From positions 23,514 through 87,513 of the forward strand of contig QBZD01000001.1 in NCBI GenBank assembly GCA_003282485.1: DNA of 64,000 bases. Reading direction: 5' to 3'. Below are positions 62,795 through 64,000 of the stretch, one piece after another (within the stretch, counting starts at the first letter, position 1; each line of letters starts with the position of its first letter). The DNA comes from Pelagibacteraceae bacterium AG-333-C14 (GTDB taxonomy: Bacteria > Pseudomonadota > Alphaproteobacteria > Pelagibacterales > AG-422-B15). A model generated the notes under the pieces. That model had not been told where the DNA came from. It did not search any database and saw nothing but the letters and a program-made list of their open reading frames with translations. A program made the position numbers and the translations under genes.

Positions 62795-63993
62795 TAAAAA
62801 TCAGATTCCAACTGTATGTATTCATGATTTCTCATCTTGTGATCAAAAGTTTCCTGGCATACATCAACATTATTCCATATAAAATCATATTCTGGAACAT
62901 TAGATAAATATAATGTGTTAAGAATGAGTTGCATGAAAGAGAATAATACAAGAAAAATAAAAGCAAGGCCTTTCTGTTTGAATAAAATAATTAACATTGG
63001 TAGTAAGATAATTTCTGGGACAGTAAGCATTGATGCTAATCTTGTAGCTATGATTGCAAAACCGTTAAAGAAAATAATCCATAATGTTCCTGTATAATAA
63101 AAAAAGAATGCATATTTAAAATATTTATTTTTTTTATTTAACTCATCAAAATACATAATTGAGATCAAGCTAAAAAAAATATACTTAACAGTAGTAAGGT
63201 TGCTAAAAATTCCAATAGAATAAAAATTAGTACTACCTGCCCCGTCTATTGTATCTTTATATACATAATATTTCCAAGGGAATGTAATATAAGTTTCAAG
63301 GAAAAATAATATTGAAAGTGGTATCTCAATTAATGCGAGAAAAATAACAAAAACTAAAACAAGAAACATCACAGTTTTTTTTTGTTTAAAAAAAGAAAAT
63401 ATAAATCTACTTATTACCCCAAATATTGTTACAAACGCAGTTGTATGAATTAAAGTTGAAAAGATATAAGTACCGGTATAACTTGAAATTCTTCTTTGAC
63501 TTAAGAAATATATTGAAAGTAAAATTAATGAGCTACTCAATCCAGATCTAATCTGTTGCAGTTCTTTGTAAAGGAAAACATGAGAGAAATAGATTAATAA
63601 TGATAAAAAAATAAGCGGAGACATTTTTTTTAACATAAAAATATTAATACTTAGAGCAACAGCGGATACAAATGTAAAATATAAGACATGACTATCTGAA
63701 AATACCTTAGTAAACATAGGAAATAAAATATTGTATAGCCACTCAGTACTTATATCGTCTTGTATTTCAACTGATCTATATACATAATCTACAAGTGATG
63801 GGATAACTTGAAAAAAATTCCAGTAAGTGCAGTAGTCTCCAAAAACTGCTCCCCTAAAACCAGCAATGAAAATTAACCAAACTAAAATAGCTAGAATGAA
63901 TATATTGATGATTGAAGAATTTTTACTTTTTGAGAAAAATTCATAAATAGATAAAATTAATAAAATAAAAAATGTTATAAAATAAATTTGCAT
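62794..63993 (-). CDS. EpsG-family / Wzy-type polysaccharide polymerase membrane protein
   Basis: 399 aa with 10 or more TM helices. FIAGFRGAVFGDYCTYWNFF resembles the EpsG GxR...G.D...Y block. Confidence 0.5.
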   Translation of the reverse strand: MQIYFITFFILLILSIYEFFSKSKNSSIINIFILAILVWLIFIAGFRGAVFGDYCTYWNFFQVIPSLVDYVYRSVEIQDDISTEWLYNILFPMFTKVFSDSHVLYFTFVSAVALSINIFMLKKMSPLIFLSLLIYFSHVFLYKELQQIRSGLSSSLILLSIYFLSQRRISSYTGTYIFSTLIHTTAFVTIFGVISRFIFSFFKQKKTVMFLVLVFVIFLALIEIPLSILFFLETYITFPWKYYVYKDTIDGAGSTNFYSIGIFSNLTTVKYIFFSLISIMYFDELNKKNKYFKYAFFFYYTGTLWIIFFNGFAIIATRLASMLTVPEIILLPMLIILFKQKGLAFIFLVLFSFMQLILNTLYLSNVPEYDFIWNNVDVCQETFDHKMRNHEYIQLESDF

Positions 63994-64000
63994 TTTTGGT

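Overview
This is an AT-rich, very gene-dense alphaproteobacterial chromosome segment. Spacers are often 0-20 nt, with many ATGA or 4-nt overlaps and overlapping convergent stops. The style and marker set suggest a streamlined marine Pelagibacterales (SAR11)-like genome: DUF1013/TrcR-like, split PntA, RpoH, alpha-type L36 and Cys-less L31. That assignment is inference, not a search result. All calls come from reading the ORF translations and the DNA by eye; no database search was possible.

Positions 1 to about 42.3 kb are conserved core. They hold a betaine module (ProX-like binding protein, DMT transporter, betA), rluD, rpoH and purA-glmM-folP-ftsH-tilS. A complete tol-pal cluster follows (cpoB, pal, tolB, tolA, tolR, tolQ), then yebC, a YmdB-like phosphoesterase, MTHFS, zapA, tkt-gap-pgk-fba-efp-suhB, rpmE, hsp20, qor, purE-purK, rpsU and pntAA-pntAB-pntB. 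The core ends with rpmJ, tRNA-Val(GAC), alkA-like, trhO and a SET-domain gene.

From about 42.3 kb to the window end is a visibly more AT-rich surface-glycan island resembling SAR11 hypervariable glycosylation regions. It has Wzy/ligase-like membrane proteins, a Wzz-like protein, a WecA-like initiator, ugd, rfbA, SDR enzymes, GT2/GT4 transferases, a CapK-like ligase and an AsnB-like amidotransferase.

The best candidate for something undescribed is a five-gene module plus a roughly 1000-aa fusion protein. The module encodes an HpcH-family aldolase, a HAD phosphatase, a D-2-hydroxyacid dehydrogenase, a lactonase/deaminase-fold enzyme and a KdsB-like cytidylyltransferase. It looks like a non-canonical route to a CMP-activated acidic sugar, followed by its transfer and methylation.

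Other points worth a second look:
- an Hjc-like PD-(D/E)XK nuclease in the ruvC syntenic slot
- rpsU with no canonical start codon behind a 16-codon uORF
- two unlisted micro-ORFs, a basic 44-aa peptide coupled to rpmJ and a 36-aa membrane peptide upstream of pntAA
- a hairpin-rich hsp20 leader

No CRISPR arrays, transposases, integrases or rRNA genes were seen.
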